NCBI GenBank assembly: GCA_964427595.1
Contig: CAYRUQ010000001.1
Location: forward strand, 4,690 to 68,689
Direction of reading: 5' to 3'
Origin: an uncultured Clostridiaceae bacterium
GTDB lineage: Bacteria; Bacillota_I; Bacilli_A; RFN20; CAG-288
Length of the DNA stretch: 64,000 bases
In this document: positions 1 to 8,750 of the stretch, one piece after another
Position numbering within the stretch: the first letter of the stretch is position 1
How the letters are laid out: the number at the start of each line of letters is the position of its first letter
The notes under the pieces: model-generated
The model's input: the letters and a program-made list of their open reading frames with translations, nothing else
The model's database searches: none
What the model was told of the DNA's origin: nothing
Translations under genes and position numbers: made by a program

Positions 1-71
1 ATAAGGTAAAAGAGGTAAAGCGAGATGTAAGACCGTTTGATATATACGACAATATATCTTATTAAAAATGT

Positions 72-518
72 TCATTCTTCATTCTCCTTATATCTGCTTG
101 AGATTGTTCTAAGATTCTCAGTGATGTTTTCTAAACAAGCATAAAAAATCTTCTCTTCTTCTTCAGTGATATCCTTGCGAGCGATATCAACTATCTCATC
201 AGTTTTATCGACTACTTTTTTAGCGATATTAATACCCTCGTCAGTGAGCTTATAAGCAGCTCTGTATTTTCTATCTCTAGTGACTAACCCTTTTTCAATC
301 AAAATTTTCATCATTCTAGAGACATCGGATTTATCTTTGAAAAAGAAAGCGCAGAAATCAGACATAGTCAGTCCTTCCGGGTGTCCATATAACCCGATTA
401 GATAAAGACTGTGAGGTCCTTTTAATCCGTATTTGTTTAATTCTTTAGCAGCTAAACGATGCCAGCAATAATAAGCTTCAGCGATTCCTAAAGCGAATTT
501 TGGAAATCTATCGTCCAT
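72..518 (-). CDS. MarR-family winged-helix transcriptional regulator
   Basis: 148-aa ORF with MarR-like size and a wHTH-like segment (LTMSDFCAFFFKDKSDVSRMMKILIEKGLVTRDR). AGGAG lies 5 nt upstream of the ATG. Confidence 0.75.
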   Translation of the reverse strand: MDDRFPKFALGIAEAYYCWHRLAAKELNKYGLKGPHSLYLIGLYGHPEGLTMSDFCAFFFKDKSDVSRMMKILIEKGLVTRDRKYRAAYKLTDEGINIAKKVVDKTDEIVDIARKDITEEEEKIFYACLENITENLRTISSRYKENEE

Positions 519-533
519 ATTTTCTCCTAACTT

Positions 534-547
534 GTTGAGTTTTCAAC
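534..547. promoter_or_regulatory. Imperfect palindrome GTTGAG-TT-TTCAAC next to the MarR RBS; candidate autoregulatory operator
   Basis: Palindrome read directly in the divergent MarR / acetyltransferase intergenic region. The function is inference only. Confidence 0.2.
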
Positions 548-848
548 TTTCTTATTAAACTAAAAAAATTATCTGTTTTCAAGAAGTGTATATTTATTAT
601 TTCTGTCTCAGGATTTCATCTTAAAAAGTTTCTGATTTTAAATATTATTTGCAAGAACTTCAGCAAACACAGAAACATCTTGTTATTTATTTAGAATATT
701 GTTTTAACAATGCTTATGTGTATAAAAAGAGTTTTAGAAAGATTAATTAGATTTTATAGAGTTTATTTCTAACCGAAATTTCTGTTTACTTGATGCAATA
801 TATATAGAAAAGATTTTCATTTATAATAAATGAAGAGGTTACTAATTT

Positions 849-1463
849 ATGACTGAACTAGAACGCATGCTGGCCGGTCTTATTTATGATCCTAATGTGT
901 CTGAACTGCTCGCTTTAAGAGCAAAAGCTCACTCTCTATGTCGAAAATACAATTCTTTAGATGAGACTGATGAAGAAAGAAATAAGATTCTTAAAGAGCT
1001 TCTTCCTAATGCTGGTGAACTTTCTTATCTTCAAGGCCCTATTCAGTTTGATTATGGAATCAATACTTACATCGGAAAGATGTTTTATGCCAATTTCAAT
1101 TTTACCGTTTTAGATTGTGCAAAAGTCATAATCGGTGATGATGTCTTTATCGGTCCTAATGTCTCTCTTCTCACTCCGCTTCATCCACTATTAGCCGAAG
1201 AAAGAAACGCTTATTTAGGGCAAAATGGAATCTATACCGATAAAGAATATGCAAAACCGATTATAATTAAAGGTAATAACTGGATCGCTGGTAATGTCAC
1301 CATCACTGGTGGTGTGACCATTCATAAAGGTGCTGTTATCGGAGCTGGTGCAGTCGTTGTCTCTGATATACCAGAAAATGCTTTAGCTGTAGGAGTTCCA
1401 GCTAAACCTATCAGATACCTTACTGAGAAAGATAAATTAGCTCCTGAATTATTAAGGAGGTGA
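849..1463 (+). CDS. maa: Maltose/galactoside O-acetyltransferase-like hexapeptide-repeat acetyltransferase
   Basis: 204 aa. N-terminal Mac-type segment (ERMLAGLIYDPNVSELLALRAKAHSLCRKYN) plus LbH repeats (IGDDVFIGPNV, IAGNVTITGGVTIHKGAVIGAGAVV). Confidence 0.8.
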   Translation: MTELERMLAGLIYDPNVSELLALRAKAHSLCRKYNSLDETDEERNKILKELLPNAGELSYLQGPIQFDYGINTYIGKMFYANFNFTVLDCAKVIIGDDVFIGPNVSLLTPLHPLLAEERNAYLGQNGIYTDKEYAKPIIIKGNNWIAGNVTITGGVTIHKGAVIGAGAVVVSDIPENALAVGVPAKPIRYLTEKDKLAPELLRR

Positions 1464-1470
1464 TCATCAC

Positions 1471-2475
1471 ATGAATGTAGGAATACTAGGTCTTGGAAGA
1501 ATCGCAACCACGATGGCTGACACCATCTCACATCTTGGAATTTATGGAATCAACCTTTATGCGGTTGCTTCTCGTTCTTTTGAGAGAGCAGAAAGCTTCA
1601 GAAAACAACATGGTGCCAAAATCGCTTATGGAAGCTATGAAGAACTTCTTAAAGATCGTAAAGTAGATCTTGTTTATATAGCTACTCCTCACGCTATCCA
1701 TTATCAAAACTGCATGGCTTGTATCGATGCTAGAAAACCGGTTCTCTGTGAAAAACCCTTCACTACCGACGCATTAAAAGCTCAAAGAATCTTCGCTCAG
1801 GCTAAGAAAAACAAAGTCTTTATCACCGAGGCTATGTGGACTCGTTATATGCCTTCTAGAAAGGTAATAAACAGCTTGATTGAGTCTAAACTTATCGGAG
1901 AGTTAGTCTCTATCAGAGTCGATCTCAGTTATAGCATCGAAGATAAAAGCAGGATGGTAGATCCTAAACTCGGTGGTGGTGCTTTATTAGATGTCGGTGT
2001 CTATCCGCTAACTTTCGCTTGTATGGTCACTAATAGCCATCCGCATTCCTTCCATGCTCAATGCACTTATACAGAAAACAGATTAGATGAGACTGATGTC
2101 TTCGTTCTCAATTTTGATAAAGGTGTCACAGCCACCTGTACTTGTTCGATGTCTTCTCTTTCAGATAGGAGAGGTATCATTCAAGGTACTAAAGGTTTCA
2201 TAGAGGTTGATAACATCAATAATCCGTTGTTGATCAAAGTTTATAACCAAAATCTTCAGCTTATAAAAACTGAGGAGATAGTTGAGAAATTCTCCGGTTA
2301 TGAATACGAATTATTCGAATGTGCAAAGTGTTTAGAAGAGAAGAAACTTGAATGTTCGTCTCTCCCTCACGAAGAGACAATAAAGATGTTAAAACTCACT
2401 GATGCTATCAGAGAAAGACTCGGTATTGTCTATCCGTTTGACGAGAATATCACTAAGAAATATCTATTCCAGTAA
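1471..2475 (+). CDS. Gfo/Idh/MocA-family NAD(P)-dependent oxidoreductase
   Basis: 334 aa. N-terminal Rossmann motif GILGLGRIA and the EKP motif (LCEKPF). AGGAGG RBS overlaps the upstream stop. Confidence 0.8.
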   Translation: MNVGILGLGRIATTMADTISHLGIYGINLYAVASRSFERAESFRKQHGAKIAYGSYEELLKDRKVDLVYIATPHAIHYQNCMACIDARKPVLCEKPFTTDALKAQRIFAQAKKNKVFITEAMWTRYMPSRKVINSLIESKLIGELVSIRVDLSYSIEDKSRMVDPKLGGGALLDVGVYPLTFACMVTNSHPHSFHAQCTYTENRLDETDVFVLNFDKGVTATCTCSMSSLSDRRGIIQGTKGFIEVDNINNPLLIKVYNQNLQLIKTEEIVEKFSGYEYELFECAKCLEEKKLECSSLPHEETIKMLKLTDAIRERLGIVYPFDENITKKYLFQ

Positions 2476-2484
2476 TTATATTTA

Positions 2485-3327
2485 TCAGTTCAAATTTAAT
2501 CTTTTGATCAAAGAAGGGAGTGCCTTTTCAAACTCGACTCCATAATAGATTTCCGGTTTTCCATCTTCTAATGTTTTTTCGATGGAAATATGAACGATAT
2601 CATGGGCGATTTCAACCGCTTCTTCAAAAGATTTCTCATTTAATAAAGAGGCGACAAACGCTGACGCAAATAAGTCGCCAGTCCCATGATAAACACCATC
2701 ATAAGACTCAGTCATATAAGAACCGAATCTTTCTGTTTCAGCATCATAATATAAACAACCGATGACATCTTCTTTAAAAGATATACCGGAGATGACGGCT
2801 TTTTTAGGACCTAAAGAAGTCAGCTCAACTAGTGTCTTTTTAATCAGTTTTTCATCATAAGAACTCGGATAATCTGTACCAGTTAAAAAACAAGCTTCAG
2901 TCAAATTAGGAAGTATGATATCCGCTTTTGAAACAAGCTTTTTCATCTCAGTGATGTGATCTTCTTTAAAAGACGCATAAAGCTTTCCGTTATCAGCAAA
3001 AGCAGGATCAACTACTACTAAAATCTCTTTAGTTTTCAAAGTTGAGATGATGTCTGAAACTATATCGATTTGATCAGTAGCTAAATAACCGGTGTAGATA
3101 GCATCAAAATCATGTTTATAAGGAAGCCAGTGTTCAACTATCGGCTTCATCTCTAAAGTCAAATCTTTGAATGTCCAATCTTTAAAACCGGCAGTATGGT
3201 TTGATAAAACAGCGGTCGGAATACCACAAGTTTCAATACCACCTGCTGAAAGAACTGGCAGAGCGACAGTTAAAGAACAACGTCCTAAACAGCTGTAATC
3301 TTGTATGGTTAAACATCTTTTCTGCAT
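2485..3327 (-). CDS. pdxK: Pyridoxamine/pyridoxal kinase (ribokinase fold)
   Basis: 280 aa. N-terminus IQDYSCLGRCSLTVALPVLSAGGIETCGIPTAVLSNHT and C-terminal GTGDLFASAF motif are typical of pyridoxamine kinases. Confidence 0.75.
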   Translation of the reverse strand: MQKRCLTIQDYSCLGRCSLTVALPVLSAGGIETCGIPTAVLSNHTAGFKDWTFKDLTLEMKPIVEHWLPYKHDFDAIYTGYLATDQIDIVSDIISTLKTKEILVVVDPAFADNGKLYASFKEDHITEMKKLVSKADIILPNLTEACFLTGTDYPSSYDEKLIKKTLVELTSLGPKKAVISGISFKEDVIGCLYYDAETERFGSYMTESYDGVYHGTGDLFASAFVASLLNEKSFEEAVEIAHDIVHISIEKTLEDGKPEIYYGVEFEKALPSLIKRLNLN

Positions 3328-3334
3328 AAAAGTA

Positions 3335-4147
3335 TTAAGCCTCTTCAGCAGTATCGGTAGTGGTTGTTTGATCTGAACTCACTTCTGTTTTTTCTTCAAC
3401 CACCTGTACTAATTGAGTTTGTGTATTTTGACGTTTTCTATTCTTTTTACGATCTTCTTTTTTGAGATCATTGATATCAACCACTTTGACATCAGTATTC
3501 ATAACTTCATCAGAAGTGTTATAAGTCTCTTCTTTAGTGACTTCTTGTTCAAGTAGCATCTCATTGGTGTTTTTCACCTTCTTAAGAAGGTTGACGATAC
3601 ATCCGATACCAGCGACGATAAGGATACCGCCGACGATGATGATCATGATCTTTTGAATCTGTTCTGCTTGAGTGATATGAAAATAGAGATAAACAGAAGC
3701 TAACGCTACTAAGAAAGCGGATAAGATGAAGTCAAGAACGCTTGTTCTAACATTCTTCTTAGAATCTTTAAACACACCTAAATGATCGATTCCGTTGAGG
3801 ATGAACATGACACTGATCACATACATACAAGTGATTAAGAAAATTGAGATTATCTGCTGTAATAAATCCGGCAAATAGAAGAGAACGACCGCAAAGCCGA
3901 TAGAGACGGTTCCGGTTGCGACATCCTGACATAAAGCGGAACGAAAAAGAAGATAACCAGAGACGATATTCATCGTTCCAAAAACGACCAAAATAACACC
4001 GAGAGCATAACTTAAAGAATTGCTAACTCCATCAGAAAAATAACCGATGATAGCTAATAGTGCACCTAAAACAATCAGTATGATATATTCAATGATTTTT
4101 ATCCATTTATAAACGGTTATATTCTCACTATTAATTTCTGTTCTCAC
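3335..4147 (-). CDS. Multi-pass membrane protein, DUF308/HdeD-like, with a charged disordered C-terminal tail
   Basis: 270 aa. About 6 hydrophobic helices with repeated G-x-x-x-G spacing, then a K/R/E/T-rich tail. Confidence 0.5.
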   Translation of the reverse strand: MRTEINSENITVYKWIKIIEYIILIVLGALLAIIGYFSDGVSNSLSYALGVILVVFGTMNIVSGYLLFRSALCQDVATGTVSIGFAVVLFYLPDLLQQIISIFLITCMYVISVMFILNGIDHLGVFKDSKKNVRTSVLDFILSAFLVALASVYLYFHITQAEQIQKIMIIIVGGILIVAGIGCIVNLLKKVKNTNEMLLEQEVTKEETYNTSDEVMNTDVKVVDINDLKKEDRKKNRKRQNTQTQLVQVVEEKTEVSSDQTTTTDTAEEA

Positions 4148-4242
4148 CTTAAAATCCTCGCTCGAAAATTATACCATTGAACCCTCAGAATTACTTTCTT
4201 TACTAGACAAATGCTAGTTGTTTTTAAATTAAAAACGCTTAA

Positions 4243-4983
4243 TTAACTTCTTCTCGTTATCGAATAAAAACGAAATTTTTTTCTTAATACCGAAGCGACA
4301 ATAGTCCCACCAACAACCAAAACGCCCATAATGATTAAAACAATTCCGTTTACCACGCTGATATCATAATTTTCATAAATCATGATTCCTGATACCATTC
4401 CGATTGTTATTTCAAGGATGCCAATAATAAGTAAAAAGCCACCCAATAGAATTTCATAAGTTGGCTTGTGATTTATTTGATTTTTACCAAAGTTAGAAAC
4501 AAATGAGATGAAAATTTGAATAAAAGCAAACAAAACAGCAATTGCTAAAATAGCTATTAGTGCCATGCAAATGACGGAAGGAGCATAGGTTGAAATAAAA
4601 TTGTTCCATGTGCTTGTAGAGTAATAGAAATACTGTGTAGCATAACTAAACAGAATGTCACTATACGAACTGATTCCAAAAGCCATCGTATATGATCCTG
4701 TCGTTACAGAAAACATCGTTTTAGAAAGAAATGAAATACCAATCAAAACAAAAAGCAAAAGCACTATGTTGGAGATAGTGTGGAAAAGAAAGCCTTTAAG
4801 ATTAGGAATGCCTCTATTCAATCTATCAAAAACAATCACGCCAACTAATAAGATTGCTCCCAACACGATACCAGTAATCGTCACTCCAGATAACGAATAC
4901 CAAAAAGAAATCACAGAATCATAGCTAATCACCATAGAGGTGCTCACATTTAATTTAAAAAGAATGACACTAGCTAAAAACAC
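4243..4983 (-). CDS. Hypothetical multi-pass membrane protein
   Basis: 246-aa ORF, strongly hydrophobic throughout. Overlaps the upstream gene by 10 nt. The true start may be the internal Met at about 4935. Confidence 0.5.
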   Translation of the reverse strand: MFLASVILFKLNVSTSMVISYDSVISFWYSLSGVTITGIVLGAILLVGVIVFDRLNRGIPNLKGFLFHTISNIVLLLFVLIGISFLSKTMFSVTTGSYTMAFGISSYSDILFSYATQYFYYSTSTWNNFISTYAPSVICMALIAILAIAVLFAFIQIFISFVSNFGKNQINHKPTYEILLGGFLLIIGILEITIGMVSGIMIYENYDISVVNGIVLIIMGVLVVGGTIVASVLRKKFRFYSITRRS

Positions 4984-5603
4984 TGCATATGCTCTAGCTG
5001 CATATTTGGTGATGTTTTTTCGTCAGATTGTAAATACCGATAAATACCTAACCCGCCAATAATAGTAGTAACTATGATAGCTATCAAACTCAAACAAACA
5101 GAGATGGTTCCAATAACCGGCCCTATATACCCATATTTCATAAGTGCGTTTGTTACACCCGATTCAAAAAGAGCAGTATATGCTTCACCGAAGAAGTAAT
5201 AAATATAGATATCTACCCCGGTTGAAATGCTAACCCCAGAAGCAGAGGTGGTTGCATTTACCGAAATTAAGAAAAAGAACAAGACACTGAGAAAAATAAC
5301 AGCACAAGATAATCCAAACGACACCCACGAAAAGACTGTACTTTCTTTTCTAATTGAAGCCATACGTGGCAATGTGGGTGAGGTCTTTATTGGCTCTATA
5401 ACTCTTTGATTTTCTTCAACAGTTAAAGTTCTATTTTGTTGTGTTACTTCCAAATTGCTTCCGCAATAAACACAGAACTTACCATCTCCTGGCGTATTTT
5501 TATGACAAGCTGAACAGACAATTGTACCATCTAATCTACAACCGCAATTTTTACAGAAGATTGCATCTCTAGGATTATCTGTATAACATGCTGGACACTT
5601 CAC
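4974..5603 (-). CDS. Double zinc-ribbon membrane protein
   Basis: 209 aa with a GTG start preceded by GGGGGA. N-terminus has CPAC...CKNCG and CSAC...CVYCG Cys pairs. C-terminal half has 3-4 TM helices. Confidence 0.6.
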   Translation of the reverse strand: MKCPACYTDNPRDAIFCKNCGCRLDGTIVCSACHKNTPGDGKFCVYCGSNLEVTQQNRTLTVEENQRVIEPIKTSPTLPRMASIRKESTVFSWVSFGLSCAVIFLSVLFFFLISVNATTSASGVSISTGVDIYIYYFFGEAYTALFESGVTNALMKYGYIGPVIGTISVCLSLIAIIVTTIIGGLGIYRYLQSDEKTSPNMQLEHMQCF

Positions 5604-5725
5604 AATTGCATCCCCCTATTAGTTGTTATTAACTAATTTTAATTCTGGTGGCTTTAAAAAGAAAAGATAATTGTCCTATAAATTGATGTGGTCATTTTTG
5701 GATTATCAATTACTAATGTTCTACT

Positions 5726-5742
5726 CCCCCCCCCTTTTTTTT
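5726..5742. repeat. Homopolymer C9T8 (A8G9 on the minus strand)
   Basis: Counted directly: C at 5726-5734, T at 5735-5742. Lies 123 nt upstream of the GTG start at 5603. Confidence 0.95.
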
Positions 5743-5776
5743 CTAGAGAAGTGGTTGTCTTTATTTATATTTTTAA

Positions 5777-5818
5777 CCAAAAGAAAAGGACAGCCTCAGC
5801 ACGAAGCTAAGACTGTCC
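5777..5818 (-). terminator. Rho-independent terminator of the lipoprotein operon
   Basis: The minus strand reads GGACAGTC-loop-GGCTGTCC followed by TTTTCTTTTGG, 23 nt after the stop at 5841. Confidence 0.7.
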
Positions 5819-5840
5819 ATATAGCAAGGAGAACTACAAA

Positions 5841-8726
5841 CTAAACGTAGAATGTAACCAACACGCCTTCAGCAGGCATTGTAAACTGAACACAGTTATT
5901 GGTGCCATAACCATAAGTTAATTGTGTTTCTTCAATAATTTCACCATTCTTAGATTCCACTTTGACATAACAAGATGCACCATATCCTAAGCTAGCGGCC
6001 GCATATACAGTTGAACCTTCGTCAACAGAGGATCCAGAGGCAAGTCCATAACTAGAAGCCCCCCATACGACATTGTAGTTTGTACCGACAAGACAAGTAT
6101 AAGAAGTCTGATTGTCAATCGTGACTGTTCCATCTACAAGGCTTGCAAGAGGATCATCTGATGCTTGCTCATCTGTGGGGGTAGTAAATGTGATTATCAC
6201 AGCATCAGCAGGCATCGTGAAGCTTGTATAGCGACCATAACTGCCTGAATAAGATAACTCCTTCTCAAGGATTATTTCATTTGCGGTTTCGACGGTAACA
6301 TTAACAGCACCATCATCGTATCCTAAGTTTGCGTAAACATAAACGGTTGTATTCTCAGTAACAGAAGAGCCTGATGCAAGTGCCGCACCTGTGTTTCCGT
6401 ATATGAGACTTGAAGCTGTTCCAAATACACAAGTATAACTAGTTTCGTTGTATACCGTGATTGTTCCGGGTTCAAGGTTGGCAAAACGATCATCTGATGC
6501 TTGCTCACTTGCGGTGATAGTAACGGTAGTATCAGCAGCGGCAGTAAATGTATACCAGCCATCAGCATCTGCTTCTAAAGTTGTATCTCCATAAGTGACA
6601 GAATCAAGGCCATAACCATCTTCAACATCGAAGGTAAAGGAAATCTCAGTTCCGACATTAACTGTCTCATCAGCAGTTAATTCATCACCCCATTCATCAA
6701 CGATCTTAAGGTTGATATATCCTGTGCCTGTAAAGTTAAGAGTAGTAGTTGAACTAGTCTCTGTTACAACATTGATGAGTACATTGCTATTAGGCATGGT
6801 GAAGCTATACCAACCACTACCTTCATCGGCAACATCAGGACCGCTGGTATAAACAAGATCGATAGCATAACCGAGTTCAGGTTTAATTCTGAATCTAACA
6901 GTCTCACCAACCGCAGCTTTAGTATCGGGTTCTTCTAAAACGGTGTAATAGTAACCTCTATCATCATCAAAGCTGATTGTGTGTTTAGTTGAAACATCGA
7001 AAGTGAATTCACCTGTATCAATGACAATAGCTTTAAAGACTTTATCTTTTTCACTGTGTGCACTAGTAGTTACATCCGTAGCTTTAACATCGCCAAGTAA
7101 GACAGAATCAAGTCGGTAGTTTTCTTCATCAAAGTTAAAGTGAATCAAGACTTCAGCACCGGTGACTGTCTGAGTGATTTCTTCGCCTTCAGTGTTAGTG
7201 ATGACAACATCACTGACACCAACAGCTTCTTGATAAGTAAGTGCGATGATAGAAAGAGTCTCGATAGTAACTACAGCACCGCCCTCAGGCATAGTGAAAC
7301 TTAAACTTCCAGTTTCAGTATCGAATGTAGAAGCGACTGGAGCTCCATTTGTATCAGCAACGGTTGCTCCATTAAGAAGATATCCATCATCAGCAACAGC
7401 TGTTAAGTTGACAGTTGAGCCAACTGTAATACCAGTAGTTTGACCAGTTAAAGTGGCATGTGATCCTTCAGCTAAAGTGATATCAGCAACACCAGTGTAT
7501 TCAGAGGTGATGTTGATAGTGACTGCAGTAGCATCAGTAAATTCAATAGTATAGGCGTTTCCGTTTTGAGTAATAGTAGCTTGATCAGATGTAACAGTAG
7601 GAAGATAACCAGATTCAGGGACAACAAAGAGTGTCACACCACTATTATATTTTTGACCAGAAGTGATGCCATAGTACTGATAATGTCCTGCTCCACTCTC
7701 GTTGATGGTTATTGTGGCTCCATCATTAGCAGTGAAAGCCCAAGAAGAAAGTGTGATATCAACATCAGCATCAGGCATGATGAACGAAACTTTATATTCC
7801 TGTGCATTATCTAAGTACTCAGTTTCTTCACTGCTAGTCTTAGCAATAGTAGAAGCAACAGGATCACCATTTTCGTCAGTAACTTCAGCACGATAATCTA
7901 AACCATCTGCTCCATTGAAAGTGAAAGTGACTTCATCTCTTTCAAGTAAAGTCGCTCCTGCTTCAATAGAAACATCGGTGATGTTGTCAGGATCAATGAC
8001 AGTCAAAGATGCCAGTTTATGTTCATTAGGAACAAACTCAGCAGCGACATTTAAAGTCACGCTTGAAGCAGGCATTGTGAAAGAGTAACTTACTCCGTAT
8101 TTAAGAGTAGTTAAAGACCCATTATCAAGGCTGATTGAACTGAACGTATATCTATCAGCGATAGTGATAGTGACCATAACTGTACTTCCAGCTAATGTTG
8201 AAGTCACTTCTGTTCCGTTGACGGCCAACACAACACTTTCAACGCCTTCAGTTGTGATGACATCAATACCATAAGTGGGTTTAGCAGAAGTAGTCGCTAC
8301 AACTTCAACAGCGCTAGCTGGCATAGTGAAGTGATATTGACCCGCTGTTTGAGAGATAGTGACTTGTTCAGAAGTGAAGGAGACTAATTCATATTCAGAA
8401 TCTAAGGTATAGGAGATGACGACGATTGAACCTTCAGTTGCACTAGTGACAGTCTCACCACCAACTGTGAAAGTCGCAGTGATACCTTCATCTAAAGTGA
8501 AACTTAAATCATAGAAAACCTCTTCAGGTTCAGCTGAAGATTTGTCTTCAGCTGAACTACTAGAGGAACTATCAACTGTTGAAGAAACAGTAGAAGAATC
8601 GGTAGTTGAAGAAGTTGTGCTTGATGTCGGACTAGAAGAAGTATCGCTTGTTCCAGAGCAGGCAGTAGCAAGACCTAAGGTTAAAAGCAAACAAGCGAGT
8701 AATGAGAATTTACCTTTGTTTTTCAT
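5841..8726 (-). CDS. Large surface lipoprotein built from about 10 beta-sandwich repeats (InlB B-repeat / Flg_new-like, each ending ..F[TI]MP..V.v)
   Basis: 961 aa. Signal peptide with lipobox LATAC, then a Ser/Thr-rich linker. Recurrent YHFTMPASAVEV / YSFTMPASSVTL / LSFTMPEGGAVV / YSFTMPNSNVLI / TSFTMPADAVII / VQFTMPAEGVLV motifs. Confidence 0.75.
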   Translation of the reverse strand: MKNKGKFSLLACLLLTLGLATACSGTSDTSSSPTSSTTSSTTDSSTVSSTVDSSSSSSAEDKSSAEPEEVFYDLSFTLDEGITATFTVGGETVTSATEGSIVVISYTLDSEYELVSFTSEQVTISQTAGQYHFTMPASAVEVVATTSAKPTYGIDVITTEGVESVVLAVNGTEVTSTLAGSTVMVTITIADRYTFSSISLDNGSLTTLKYGVSYSFTMPASSVTLNVAAEFVPNEHKLASLTVIDPDNITDVSIEAGATLLERDEVTFTFNGADGLDYRAEVTDENGDPVASTIAKTSSEETEYLDNAQEYKVSFIMPDADVDITLSSWAFTANDGATITINESGAGHYQYYGITSGQKYNSGVTLFVVPESGYLPTVTSDQATITQNGNAYTIEFTDATAVTINITSEYTGVADITLAEGSHATLTGQTTGITVGSTVNLTAVADDGYLLNGATVADTNGAPVASTFDTETGSLSFTMPEGGAVVTIETLSIIALTYQEAVGVSDVVITNTEGEEITQTVTGAEVLIHFNFDEENYRLDSVLLGDVKATDVTTSAHSEKDKVFKAIVIDTGEFTFDVSTKHTISFDDDRGYYYTVLEEPDTKAAVGETVRFRIKPELGYAIDLVYTSGPDVADEGSGWYSFTMPNSNVLINVVTETSSTTTLNFTGTGYINLKIVDEWGDELTADETVNVGTEISFTFDVEDGYGLDSVTYGDTTLEADADGWYTFTAAADTTVTITASEQASDDRFANLEPGTITVYNETSYTCVFGTASSLIYGNTGAALASGSSVTENTTVYVYANLGYDDGAVNVTVETANEIILEKELSYSGSYGRYTSFTMPADAVIITFTTPTDEQASDDPLASLVDGTVTIDNQTSYTCLVGTNYNVVWGASSYGLASGSSVDEGSTVYAAASLGYGASCYVKVESKNGEIIEETQLTYGYGTNNCVQFTMPAEGVLVTFYV

Positions 8727-8750
8727 TTATCATTTCCTCCGCACTATTCC

